Under the pieces are notes generated by a model. The model was not told the DNA's origin. It did no database searches and saw only the letters and a program-made list of their open reading frames with translations. A DNA stretch of 64,000 nucleotides from Malacoraja senta (taxonomy: Eukaryota): NCBI GenBank assembly GCA_038087875.1, contig CM075988.1, positions 5,146,001-5,210,000 on the forward strand, written 5' to 3'. Both the position numbers and the translations under genes were made by a program. Below, one piece after another: positions 26,385 through 38,200 of the stretch; the first letter of the stretch is position 1, and each line of letters opens with the position of its first letter.

Positions 26385-27277
26385 ATTTTACTTCGGAGTC
26401 ACGTGAGTGACTACGTGAAGACCCCGTCCAGCACGCATGCGCGACATTAGCGTTCACGCAGTGCAACAGCGACGACCGGGAGTACAGGCGCTCCCGCTAC
26501 ACGTCGGTGAAAACTAAACAGCGGACCATCAGGTAAGTCTTACTCTGAGGTCGTAATCCGCAAGCTGTGCTCTGCTCTGCTCTCTATTCCAGAGGAACTG
26601 GGAACAGGAGCAGCACGGCAAAGGAAGAAAACCGCCCCCCGTTCGACTCCAACAGAACGGGAGTGTTCCATCAGTGGGGGGCGAGAGGCGGCACCTGGAC
26701 CGCATATGCGGCGGTCCACCCTCATCGAGACCGAGCCGAGCCCAGTACCGCTAGCGCAGCCTGATGAGCGGCAGCGGGCTGGAGGAAAAGTTTAAACAAA
26801 CAAACAAACAAACAAACCGGCCGGTTATGTCTGACTCCGATGAGGAGGGTCCGCCTTAGAGCGGCAGAGCTAGCCGCCTGAGCCGAATGAAAAGGCTCAT
26901 GGAGCAACTGCTCCAGCGAGACTTGCTTCAGGAGCTACAGCAGTCTCGCCAGGGGGATCAGGCACTCCCACAGCAGTGCTCTATAAATGCACTGGCCATC
27001 GCTTTCCCCTCAAAGCAGGGCAGCGTTGGCGACCAGGGCTGGGCTGGTCAGGAAGAGGGGTCATTGGCTGAAGATGTCGGGAGTACGCTTGGGGTACAGG
27101 ATCAGGAAGAGCTGCTGGGTGTGGAGATTCGCTACGTGGTTTCACCACGAGCAGGGCGGCCATTGGAGCCAAAACTGGCGGCCAGCATCAACCACCTGTC
27201 CCTCAAACCCCTACAAGACAGGTACTTAATGAGGCACTAGAGCTGGAAAACTGCAGTTCGCTCAATGTACCGGCTGT
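26385..27277 (+). mobile_element. DIRS1-type retrotransposon (copy 2b), 5' part, nested in copy 2 and running into the gap
   Basis: A second ATTTTACTTCGGAGTCACGTGAGTGAC left end, followed by a diverged copy of 24884-25762 with several substitutions and indels (e.g. GAAGACCCCG, (AAAC)n expansion). Confidence 0.85.
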
Positions 27278-27477
27278 NNNNNNNNNNNNNNNNNNNNNNN
27301 NNNNNNNNNNNNNNNNNNNNNNNNNNNNNNNNNNNNNNNNNNNNNNNNNNNNNNNNNNNNNNNNNNNNNNNNNNNNNNNNNNNNNNNNNNNNNNNNNNNN
27401 NNNNNNNNNNNNNNNNNNNNNNNNNNNNNNNNNNNNNNNNNNNNNNNNNNNNNNNNNNNNNNNNNNNNNNNNNNNNN
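27278..27477. other. Assembly gap (200 N)
   Basis: Run of N; the round size suggests a placeholder length. Confidence 0.99.
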
Positions 27478-29526
27478 AAATCACCACGTACCAATGTATG
27501 TCCCTTGGGAACCACACCCTGAGGCAGCAGCGATAGATGCATTCGCGCTGAACTGGGGGACCTATTTCATCTATGCTTTTCCCCCCTTCTGCCTTAATCT
27601 GTAGGGTACTACGCAAAATACAGATGGACTCTGCTTCAGGTATTTTGATTGTACCAACTGGCCTACACAGCCATGGTTCCCAGTGGTCCTCGACATGGTC
27701 ATCGAAACTCCTCTGACCTTTCCCAGTATCCCAGACCTATTGACGCACCCTGTATCAGGCATAAGTCATCCATGCCATGACAAAGTTAACCTACTGGGTT
27801 GCAGATTATCAAAAGACCACTGCTGGGACTGGGGTGTCTGACAGGACCATCAACATGATGACACCGTATGTCCACCAGGAAACAATACCTATCGAGCATC
27901 AGGACGTGGGAAAGATACTGCTCGACTACTGGGACAACTTACTCATCTGCAAATATAACCAATGTACTGGAGTTCCTGGGGGGCCTTCACCATAATGAAG
28001 GATTGAGCTACAGTGCCATCAATATTGCCAGACGTGCGCTGTCAGCCTACTTAAAACAGGTGCCAGGACAACAGGCCATAGGGTCTCAACCGCTGGTGAT
28101 CAAACTCATGAGGAGTATCGTCAACTCCAACCCTCTTAGACCTATGTATACCCAAATCTGGGAAGTCAGTGTGGTCCTGACATACCTAAGGGGATGGTCC
28201 CCAGCCAGGTCTCACCCTGGAAAAGCTAACCCTGAAAACGGTCATGCTGATGCCACTAGTCTCAGCACAAAGAGTCCAGTCCCTCCACTTACTGCGACTG
28301 GACAACATGGTTATAACACCAGACCGGGTCTCATTGACCATTCAGGAGCTGCTAAGCAGAGCAAGCCAGGAACTTGAGTCCTAGTTATGGATTTCCAGGC
28401 ATACCCACCTGACTTACGGTTGTGTGTCATGACTCACTTATTCACTTACATCAACACAACAAGAAATTCTCGAGGGAGAGGAAAAAATATATATATATAT
28501 ATATATATAAAAGCCTTATGGGTCAGCCACAAGAAACCTCATGGTTGGGTGTCGAGCCAAACCATCTCGAGATGGCTCAAGCAGGTACTGGGAGCTGCTG
28601 GAGTAGATACTGATGTATATACATCTCACTCCACCAGGGCAGCATCCACATCGGCGGCTAAAAGAATGAAAATGGAGAAAACGTTCCAAACGTTCTACCA
28701 CAAGCCGCTAGCAGAACCTGTGTTATTTGCAGAAAGTTTTAAAAATATATAATTTAAGCCCGGGGGAGCATTTTGTCTTTTGTTATTGTTTAATAGATAC
28801 CATTATTGTTTACAAACAGATTATGGTTGATTACGATAACATACTTCCTCCCTTGAATGACTTCGGCAGCGAGTGAAGTATGAACTGTTACACGGTTTGA
28901 AATCACAGAGCTTTAAAATCTTCACGTAGTCACTCACGTGACTCCGAAGTAAAATAGAAAGATTAAACGAGACTTACCAGTTTGAAGTTTGATCTGTATT
29001 TTATGAGGAGTTACGATTGAGGGATTACGTGCCCTCCGCTCCCACCCTCAATTATAGATCAACTGGTATCTTAGTTCTCCTTTTCTTTACTATGTTTATT
29101 TCAATTATTGTGTTTCCTGTGATTCCACACCGCTGCTTTGAAGATGTCGCGCATGCGTGCTGGACGGGCTCTTCACGTAATCCCTCATCGTAACTCCTCA
29201 TAAAATACAGATCAAACTTCAAACTGGTAAGTTCTCGTTTAATCTTACTATTAAACTAAAAAGAAATGAGCTAGGTGTGGAATGGCTGCGGAGTTCAAGG
29301 CCTGGTAACTACCATCAGAGGCAAGTATCTCAGTCATAAACATGGATCGCTCTTCACGTCTAAGATGAAAAAAATGCCAAGGAATTGGAAGTTATCAGTG
29401 TGATAAAGGATCCCAACCCGAAACATCGCTTGTCCATTCCCTCCACAGATGCTGCCTCACCTGATGAGTTACTCCAGTACTTTTGCTGAAGATTCCAGCA
29501 TCTGCACTTTATTTTGTCTTGGTTTG

Positions 29527-29838
29527 CACAGTGGTGCAGCGTTAGAGTTACTGACTTACAGCGCTTGCAGTGCCGGAGACCCGGGTTCGAACCTGACTAC
29601 GGGTGCTGTCTGTACGGAGTTTGTACGTTCTCATCATGCCGCGTGGGTTTTCTCCGAGATCTTCGGTTTCCTCCCACACTTTAAAGATGTACAGGTTTGT
29701 AGGTTAATTGGCTTGGTATGAGTATAAATTGTCCTTAGTGTGTGAAGGATAGTGTTAATGTGCGGGGATCGTTGATCAGTGTGGACTTGGAGGGCTGAAG
29801 GGCCTGTTTCCGCGCTGTATCTCTAAACTAAACTAAAC
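29527..29838 (+). mobile_element. HE1/V-SINE-type SINE
   Basis: GGTTCGAACC B-box, V-core, (CTAAA)n tail. Confidence 0.88.
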
Positions 29839-31551
29839 TTCTGTTACATGCTTTATTTCACCCGTTTACAACTTTGTTAACCTGCAATGTTATTTTTTAA
29901 ATATTTTATAAAATATTTTTTATAATTTGTAAACTGACAGCCTACATTTATTTTTGCGATCTAAACTTATTTAGAGGTTTCCAAGAAGTGGCATTGTACC
30001 AAAATTCGCCATCTTGCACAAATGTTGTATTGATATCCATCAGGTACTGACACTCCTTGTGTGATGCTGGGTAATGTTTTCTTAATGTTTGTCATTGTTT
30101 ATTGTATATCCATATAAATGCATGGAAATGAAAAGTTTAGAGTGATGTGGGCCAAACACAGGCAAATGGGACTAGATTAGCTAGTCGGTATGGACGAGTT
30201 GGGCCGATAGATCTGTATCCACGCTCTATGACTCCAGGACTCTAATGCTGAGCTCATTTATATATATTCAATGAGGAAAGGAACGTCGGTTTGTGAGCCG
30301 AGCCCACTAGGGGCGATGGAGGAGGTCCTGTAGCAGCCTGGGCTTACCTGGGACTTACCTGGATCAGGGGTGTTCCAGCACTTCCCGCATATGGACCCGA
30401 CTTTGGACTTTTTCCTTTTGTAAATGGTACCACAATATGGCGACTCGTGCATGTGTGACATATGCAAAAAGAATTTCACTATGCAGTGCATTCATGATAA
30501 TAGAGAACCATAAAACCATTGATATGTAAGTCAATTAAGCAATTGGTGAAGACAATCCTAAAAGAAACGCAATGAATCATAGTTTAGTTTAGTTTAGCTT
30601 AGAGATACAGCGCAGAAACTGGCTCTTCGGCCCACCAAGTCCGTGCCGACCAACCATCCCTGCCCACAAGCAGTATCCTACACACACTAGGGACTATTTA
30701 CAATTTTACCGAAGCCAATTTACCCACAAAGCTGTACATTTTTGGAGTGTGGGAGGAAACCGGAGCACTCGGGGTAAACCCATGTGGTCACAAGGAGAAC
30801 GTATAAATTAGGTACAGACAGCACCTGTAGTCGGGATTGAACCAGGGTCTCTGGCGCTGCAAGGCAGCAACTCTACCGGTGCATCACTGTGCTGAAGGGT
30901 CTCAACCCGAAACGTCACCCATTCATTGTCTCCAGAGATGCTCCTTGTTCCTCTGAGTTACTCCAGCTTTTTTGTGTCTATCTCCTTTCTTCTCATCTCT
31001 TCTCCCCCCCCCCCCCCCCCATCTTCTTTCAGTCCATTGTTCAGCCTTCCTTCTGTTCTGCAGCCGGCTCGCTGTTGAATCTGTGACTTGACCTCTGATT
31101 TCCTGTGGTCTGAATGCATCCAATCCATCATAATTGTATGTCCTGTTTTCAAAATGTGTTGAGTCATTGATAATATAAGTGAGATTTCAATTTCCTCTGG
31201 TCTTTCAAAGCTTCACAGCCATGGAACACTTTCAATTCTGATATTTCAGACCTGATAACTGGAGCAACAAACAAAACAAAAAGCAATTTATTCTCATTTT
31301 GCAGTCAATTTAACTGAAGAAACATAATTTAGATTTTAAATATAACATAGTAAAAGGTATAAAATAAAATATAGCAGTGCATACTAACCTGCATAAGTTC
31401 GTCACCAAATGATCCATTTTATCATCGAGTTCAGAGCCTCAGCCTCCATCACAGTCATTGGCTTCTCTCCCACTGGGATGATAGAGGCGGTGACCCAAAC
31501 ATTGTGCAGTCCCATGGTCAGGTCAAACATGGACAAGTAAATCTGTTGATT

Positions 31552-34500
31552 GTAGACACATAAATGCTGGAGTAACTCAGCGGGTCAGGCAGCATCTCTG
31601 GAGAGAAGGAATGGATGACGTTTCGGGTCGAGACCCTTCATCAGACTGATGTCAGGGAAGGGTCGGGACAGAGATAGAATGTAGTCAGATACAGTAAGAC
31701 TGGTGGGAGAACTGGAAGGAGGAGGGGATGGAGAGAGAAAGGGAAAGCAAGGGCTATGTGAAGTTATGAGAAGTCAATGTTCATGCCGCTGGGGTGTAAG
31801 CTGCCCAAGCAAAATATGAGGTGCTGTTCCTCCAAATTGCACTGGGCCTCACTCTGACAGTGGAGGAGGCCCAGGACAGAAAGGTTAGTGTGGGAATGGG
31901 ATGGGAGTTAAAGTGTTTAATAACCGGGAGATCAGATTATTTTGGCAGACTGAGCGAGGTGTTCAGCGAAACGATCGCCGAGCCTGCGTTTGGTCTCGCC
32001 GATGTACAGGAGTTGACACATGGAACAGCAGATACAGTAGATGAGGTTGGAGGAGGTGCAAGTGAGCCTCTGCCTCACCTGGAAAGACTGTTGGGGTCCT
32101 TGGATGGAGTCGAGGGGGGAAGTAAAGGGACAGGTGTTACATCTCCTGCGGTTGCAGGGGAAGGTACCTGGGGAGGGGGTGGTTTGGGTGGGAAGGGACG
32201 AGTTGACCAGGAGTTTCTGAGGGAACAGTCTCTGCGGAAAGCAGAAAGGGTGGAGATGGAAGATGTGGCCAATAGTGGGATCCCGTTGGAGGTGGTGAAA
32301 ATGGTGGAGGATTATATGCTGTATGCGACGGCTGATGGGTGGAAGGAGAGGACAAGGGAGACTCTGTCTTTGTTACAGATGGAGGAGGGGGAGCAAGAAC
32401 GGAACTGCGGGATATTGAGGAGACCCTAGTGAGAGCCTTATCTATAATGGAAGAGGGAACCCCCGTTTCCTAAAGAATGAGAACATATCTGATGGCCTGG
32501 TATGGAACACCTCATCTTGGGCGCAGGTGCGGCGTAGATGGAGGAAGTTGGGGATAGAGTATTTACAGAAAGCAGGTTGGGAAGAGATGTAGTCTAGATA
32601 GCTATGGGAGTCAGTGTGTTTGTAATAGATGTCGGTCAATAGTCTGTTTCCTGTGATGGAGACGGTGAGATCTAGAAATGGTATGGAGATGTCGGAGAAG
32701 GCCCAAGTGAATTTGAGTGCAGGAAATTCTCGTGAAGTTGATGAAGTCAGTGAGTTCTCCATGGGTGCAGGAGGTAGCACCGATGTAGTTGTCAATGTAG
32801 CGGAGGTAGAGTTCGGGAATAGGGCCAGTGTATGCCTGGAACAGGGATTGTTCAACGTACCCTACAAAGAGGCAGGCATAGCTGGGGCCATGCGAGTACC
32901 CATAGCTACGCCTTGGATTTGGAGGAAGTGGGAGGATTCGAAGGAGAAATTGTTGAGGGTAAGGACCAGCTCTGGTGGCAGAGGAGAGTATTAGTAGAAG
33001 GAAATTTGCTGGTTCTGCAGTCGAGGAAGAAACGGAAGGCTTTAAGACTTTCCTGGTGGGGGATGGAGGTGTAGAGTGACTTGACATCCACAATAAAGAT
33101 GAGGGAGTGAGGGCCTGGAAAACGGAAGTCATTGAAGAGACGAAAAGCATGTGAGGTGTCTTGGACATAGGTAGGGAGAGATTGCACCAGGGGGGATAGA
33201 ATGGAGACGAGGTATGTGGAGACTAATTCGGTGGTACATGAACAAGCAGAAACAATGGGTCTGCCAGGACAATTCAGTTTGTTGATTTTGGGGAGAAGAT
33301 AAAATCGGGCCGTGCGGGGCTGGGGAACGATAATGTTGGAGGCTTTAGAGGGCAGAGAGCCGGAAGTAATAAAATCAGAAATGGTGTATGATATCAAGGT
33401 CTGGTGCTCGTCAGTGGGGTCATGGTCCAAGGATATAGGAGGAGGCGTCTGAGAGTTGTCGCCTGGCCTCAGCCCGGTAGAGGTCAGCGTGCTAGACTAC
33501 CACGGCACCTCCCTTGTTGGCGGGTTTGATTATCAAGTCGTGGTTGCTGCAGAGTGTGCGGAGAGCTGTACGTTCAGGGGGGGAGAGGTTAGAGTAAATA
33601 AGGGAGTGGAGAAGTTGAGGCGGTTGATGTCCCGCCGGCAGTTGGAAATGAAAAAGGTCCAAAGAAGGTAGAGGGCCATCCAGGGGAGTCCAAGAGGGGG
33701 TCAAGTGGAGATGGGAGAAGGGGTGATCACTGGGTGGTGAGGACACCTTCCCATAGAAAAAGGCCCAGAGGCGGAGGCGACGGAAGAAGAGCTCCACATC
33801 GTGGCGGACCCGGAACTTGTTGAGGTGGGGGCGGAGGGGAACAAAGGTGAGGCCTCTGCTGAGGACAGACCGTTCCGTATCAGAAAGGGGGAGGTCAAGG
33901 GGGATGGTGGGTATTCCATGAGGAGGGGGGCATGAGGACTATTTGTATGGGTGGGGAGTAGCTGGGGTCAACCTGGCTAAAAGGAAAAGGGGAAGAACCA
34001 GTGGAACCCCCACTGAGCTTCCCAGTAGGAGGGGGAGAGCAGTAAGACCCAGCACAGTCAGATCCCGTGGTGTTGGAGTCTGCATCGTGGAGGCTGTAGG
34101 CCGGTGCTGAGCCTGGGACTCGCGTAAGGCCACGGCTGTGGCCCACTGGTGGGCGGTGGAGTGGCGAGGGTCGGCGGAGTTGCTGGTGGAGGCCGCAGGG
34201 AGTGGAGTCCGGGTCAGCGGATGAAGCGTCGATATTCCTGGTCAGCGGATGGCCGGGGAGGAGGCAAGAATATGCAAGGTGGCAGTGGTGACATCGGGGA
34301 GGCGGTGGGAGTTGGCGACAGCGGCCCCGGGGAGGCGGTGAAGGTCAGTTGTCCCGTGGAGGAGGAGAAGGTCGGTGGCAGCGGCAGCTTCGGTGGTCCG
34401 GGCCTGGGAACGGCCAGGAAGGCGGTGAGTGTTGGTGCTGCTCCTCTTGGCAGCAATGGCATCACGGGTCTCGGCATGGTGATGGTCGGGAAGGTGGCGC

Positions 34501-35098
34501 GGACCAGCGGTGGAGCACCGGGCCTGGGGGCGGTCGGGTCGAGGTGTAGGGACCGGTCTGGAGGCGGGCAAGTTTGCAATCCTTTGTGGCGTCCAGGTTG
34601 GCGAGGAAGTGTTTGTTGAGGGCGTGGGTCTGGCGTTGAAAGAAGTGCAGTTGGGGTCCATCGCAGGTGTGGGTGAGTGAGGCCCGGAGCTGCGGGAGAG
34701 TCCGAGCGAGGGGCCTGTTGGTGTCGGCGCATCGCAGCCAGTGTAGAACGCAGGGCACGGAATGAGAACTGTTGTGAAAAATGGCAGATCGACTGTTGGA
34801 ACCGATAGTCCGGGTTGTGTCCGAACTAGGGTGTCTGGAGACGGAGTTGGAATCTCCGTGGTAGCAGATGGAGGCGCAGGCAAACGTGGCAGTGGTAGCG
34901 GGACTGGGTTACAACATGGTCGTAGAGTCGGAGGGAAGGAGAAAACACAGGGGGGGGCAGTGAGAGAGGATGTTGCTGAACTCTCGTAGGAGAGAGGATG
35001 AGAACCTCTTCAAATTAGACATACCTTGAGGAGATTTCGCAGTGGAGCGGACAAAACGTGTAGGAACGAACTGCAGATGCTGGTTTAAATCAAAGGTA
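31552..35098 (-). mobile_element. Penelope-like element, Neptune-type, near full length, frameshifted
   Basis: ORF fragments FFRRLRL, SNLSPPERTAL, IKPANKGGAVVV, FYLLPKINK, GRPIVS, DVKSLYTSIP, GPSYACLFVG and YLRYIDN; Cys-rich linker GTFPCNRRRCNTCP; GIY-YIG LIYCICCSMCQLLYIGETKRRLGDRFAEH. 14-bp TSD TAAATCTGTTGATT at 31538-31551 and 35114-35127. Confidence 0.93.
31617..31644 (-). ncRNA. Minimal hammerhead ribozyme motif in the PLE 3' repeat
   Basis: Minus strand reads CUGAUGA-A-GGGUC(UC)GACCC-GAAA-CG-UC: catalytic boxes, helix II, palindromic ACGU in place of helix III, and a GUC cleavage triplet. Minimal hammerheads are established features of PLE pLTRs. Confidence 0.75.
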
Positions 35099-35182
35099 TC
35101 TTAGATTGAAGAATAAATCTGTTGATTATTGCACACTGGTCTTCCTCAGCTGATGAGTCATTGTGCAGCACAAGGGATGGGT

Positions 35183-35210
35183 GACGTTTCGGGTCGAGAC
35201 CCTTCTTCAG
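35183..35210 (-). ncRNA. Minimal hammerhead motif (PLE remnant, type A)
   Basis: Minus strand CTGAAGAAGGGTCTCGACCCGAAACGTC. Confidence 0.65.
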
Positions 35211-38200
35211 ACATAATTTGCATCCAATTGATTAGCTCACCATGGATTCTATGCGATCTAACCTTCCAGTCTAGCCTCCTCTTATCAAAGACCTTGCTAT
35301 AGACCACGTGGAGAAGATCAATTGCCTTTCCCTCATCAGTCTTCATGGTGAATTCTTCAAAAACTCTATCAGACTTGTGAAACATGATTTCCCACAGAGA
35401 GAGCCATGCTGACTATCCCTAGTCAGTGTGTGACTATTGAAATGCTAGTAGATTTGCACTTTAGACTTTACTTTAGAGATACTGTGTGGAAACAGGCCCT
35501 TCGGCCCACCGAGTCCATGCCAACCAGTGATCACCCCATGCACTAGCACTATCCTGCACACTAGGGATATGGGGAGAAAGCAGGAACGGGGCACTGATTT
35601 GGGATGATCAGCCATGATCATATCGAATGGCGGTGCTGGCTCAAAAGGCCAAATGGCCTACTCCTGCTATTTTCTATGTTTCTAGGTTACTATTCAGAAT
35701 CAGCATCAATTAAAAAAAAATCTTTTTGGAAATTTACTTCATCATAAAAGCATTCCATGTTTTAATTTTGAGCAGCAGGGGTTTGCATAAGTCGACCCAT
35801 TACATCACAACGCTCCTTTGCATCTAAGTTACAGCCAATCAAGAAAAATAGATAAAGAAGGGAAGGATCTATATAGACATCTTTCCCTGTGTGCCCACAT
35901 TTACAACAGGCTGGCAATGGATTTACTGCTGGTTACGATGGCGCAGTGGTAGAGTTGCTGCCTCACAGCGCCAGAAACCCGGGTTTGATCCTGACAACGG
36001 TTGCTGTCTACATGGAGTTTGTACGTTCTCCCTGTGCCCGCCGTGAGTTTTCTCCGAGTACTCTGGTTTCCACCCACAATCCAAAGATGTACAGGTTTGT
36101 AGGTTAATTGACTTTGGTAAAATTGTAAATTGTCACTAGTGTGTGTAGGATAGTGTTAGTGTGCGGGGACCGCTAGTCGGCGCGGATTCTGTAGACTGAA
36201 TGGTCCGTATCTCTAAACTAAACTAAAAGTTCTTACCTCTAAATCAGTCTGATAGTGAATTATAATCTCAAATTCCCCTTTAATCTGACACCATGGTTTA
36301 CAATATCTGTTTCCCTCCGATCTGAGCAATAAGGGCTTCAACTCTTTTCCCCTCTCCTGTCGCGTGTCTGTGCTAGCTGCTTTCAATTTTCAGTGTTAAA
36401 AGCTATAAACATGAATTACATTCCAAATGGTGAAATGTGACTCTCACAGTTACAATGCTGTTAATTTTTACTATAGGGTTTTGGGTGGGAAGTCAGTCAG
36501 CCTTTACTTTAGACTTTAAAGATACAGCGCAGAAACAGACCCTTTGTTCCACCAGGTCCCACCAACCAGCGATCACCCGTTACACTAGCACTATCCTATA
36601 CATTAGGGACAACTTACAATTTTACCAAAGCCAATTAACCTACAAACCCGTACGTCTTTGGAGTGCGGGAGGAAATCGAAGCACCCAGAGAAAATCCATG
36701 TGGTCACAGGAAGAACGCACAAACGCTGTACAGACAGCACTTGTAGTCAGGATCGAACCCGGGTCTCTGATGCTGCAAGGCAGCAGCTGTACCGCTGTGC
36801 CACTGTGCCAGTCTGAATGGAATGACATATTTAAAGTGAGATCATATTTCGGATGGGAAAGTACAAATTTCAATATTTCTCCACCTCTATCTCCGGTGCT
36901 GAATCAATGAATCCATGCTGACGTTCATATGCACAATTGCAGTGCATTCTAATGTTTATTAAATCAAAAATTTAGGTACAAAAGGTTTTATTGCCCATTA
37001 TTATATTACTTGTTAGTTTACACTCTAACACCATTTCCTCCTTCCTCAGTTAGTCACTGGGTGTTTAGTCTTCTCACAGTGCCTTTCTTCCTCGCTAAAA
37101 TATACTCTGAGATTTATGAAACAGTTCCTAAATGTCTGCCATCAGTGATCTACAATCTTACCCTTTAATCTCTTTTCTCAATCCACATTAGCCAATCCTG
37201 TTTTCATGCTATAGTAATTGCCATTATTTATGTTTGGGGCTCCAGCTTTATACCTAAGTTTCTCATCCTTAAACTCAATTTGAAATTCCACAAAGCTGTG
37301 ATTACTCTTTCTTTATGATGCGTTCCTTAATTAATACTGTTTCACTGCATAGAATCAAAAACAAAATGGCCTGATCTCTGATTGAATTTACAGCTCTAAC
37401 AATTCATAGAATATAGAACAGTACAGCACAGGAACAGGCCCTTCGGCCCGCAATGTCCATGCCGAACATGATGCCAGGTTAAAGTAATCTCCGCAGCCTG
37501 CACATGATCCACATCCCTCTATTCTCTTCATATCCACTCGACTAACCAAAAGCATCTTTAATGCCATAAACATAACTGCCTCCATCACCCACCCCGGCAG
37601 CACTTAAGACTTTACTTAACTGTAGAGATACAGCGTGGAAACAGGTCCTTCGGCCCACCGAGTCCATGCTGGCCAGTGATCACCCCATACACTAGCACTA
37701 TCCTACACAATAGGGACAATATTTTACTATTTTACTAACATACAAATCTGTACCTCATTGGAGTGTGGGAGGAAACCGGAGCACCCAGAGAAAACCCATG
37801 CGGTCACTGAGAAAATGTATCAACTCCACACAGACAGCACCCGTAGTCAGGATCATATTCGGATCTCTGGTGCTGTTAGGCAGCAACTCTACCGCTGTGC
37901 CCCAATGTCGCCCATTGCCAAGCATCCACCACTCTCCATGTAAGAAAATTGTCCCGCACATCCCCTCTAATTTTTTCCCCTTTCACCTTAAACGTACTAT
38001 ATGCCCTCTAGTTTTTCACATTTCCACCATGGAAAAAAGGTTCCGACTCCCTATCCTATCTACGCCTCTTATAATTGTATATATTTCCATTATATCGCCA
38101 CTCAATCTCCGATGCTGCAGAGAAAACAATCCAAGATTGTATCGTTGACCCCAGCGGTATGAAGGTTGGCTTCTGTAACTTCAAGTAACCCTTGCTTTCC

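Larger units (their letters stand above)
24884..29252 (+). mobile_element. DIRS1-type retrotransposon (copy 2, outer), interrupted by a nested sister copy and an assembly gap
   Basis: Same termini as copy 1. gag remnants (RPALNPRFAGLC, LLFG); MT remnant after the gap (AIDAFALNWG, YAFPPF, WPTQPWFP); YR remnant (SHSTRAASTS, FYHKP); ICR ~28920-29031. The right ITR matches the outer left ITR (GAAGAGCCCG). The empty site rebuilds an HE1 tail: GTATCTCTAA-ATT-AAACTAAA. Confidence 0.93.

Noticed and set aside
31389..31542. Minus-strand exon-like segment (CAG|ATTTAC...CAG|GTTAGT)
   Set aside because: Stops occur in all three frames. The acceptor lies in the PLE TSD and lacks a pyrimidine tract in the rebuilt pre-insertion allele.
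34149..34883. Gly-rich and Pro/Thr-rich ORFs as a captured host gene
   Set aside because: They lie inside the TSD-bounded PLE, upstream of its RT, and are most simply the element's low-complexity N-terminal region. No host homology recognised.
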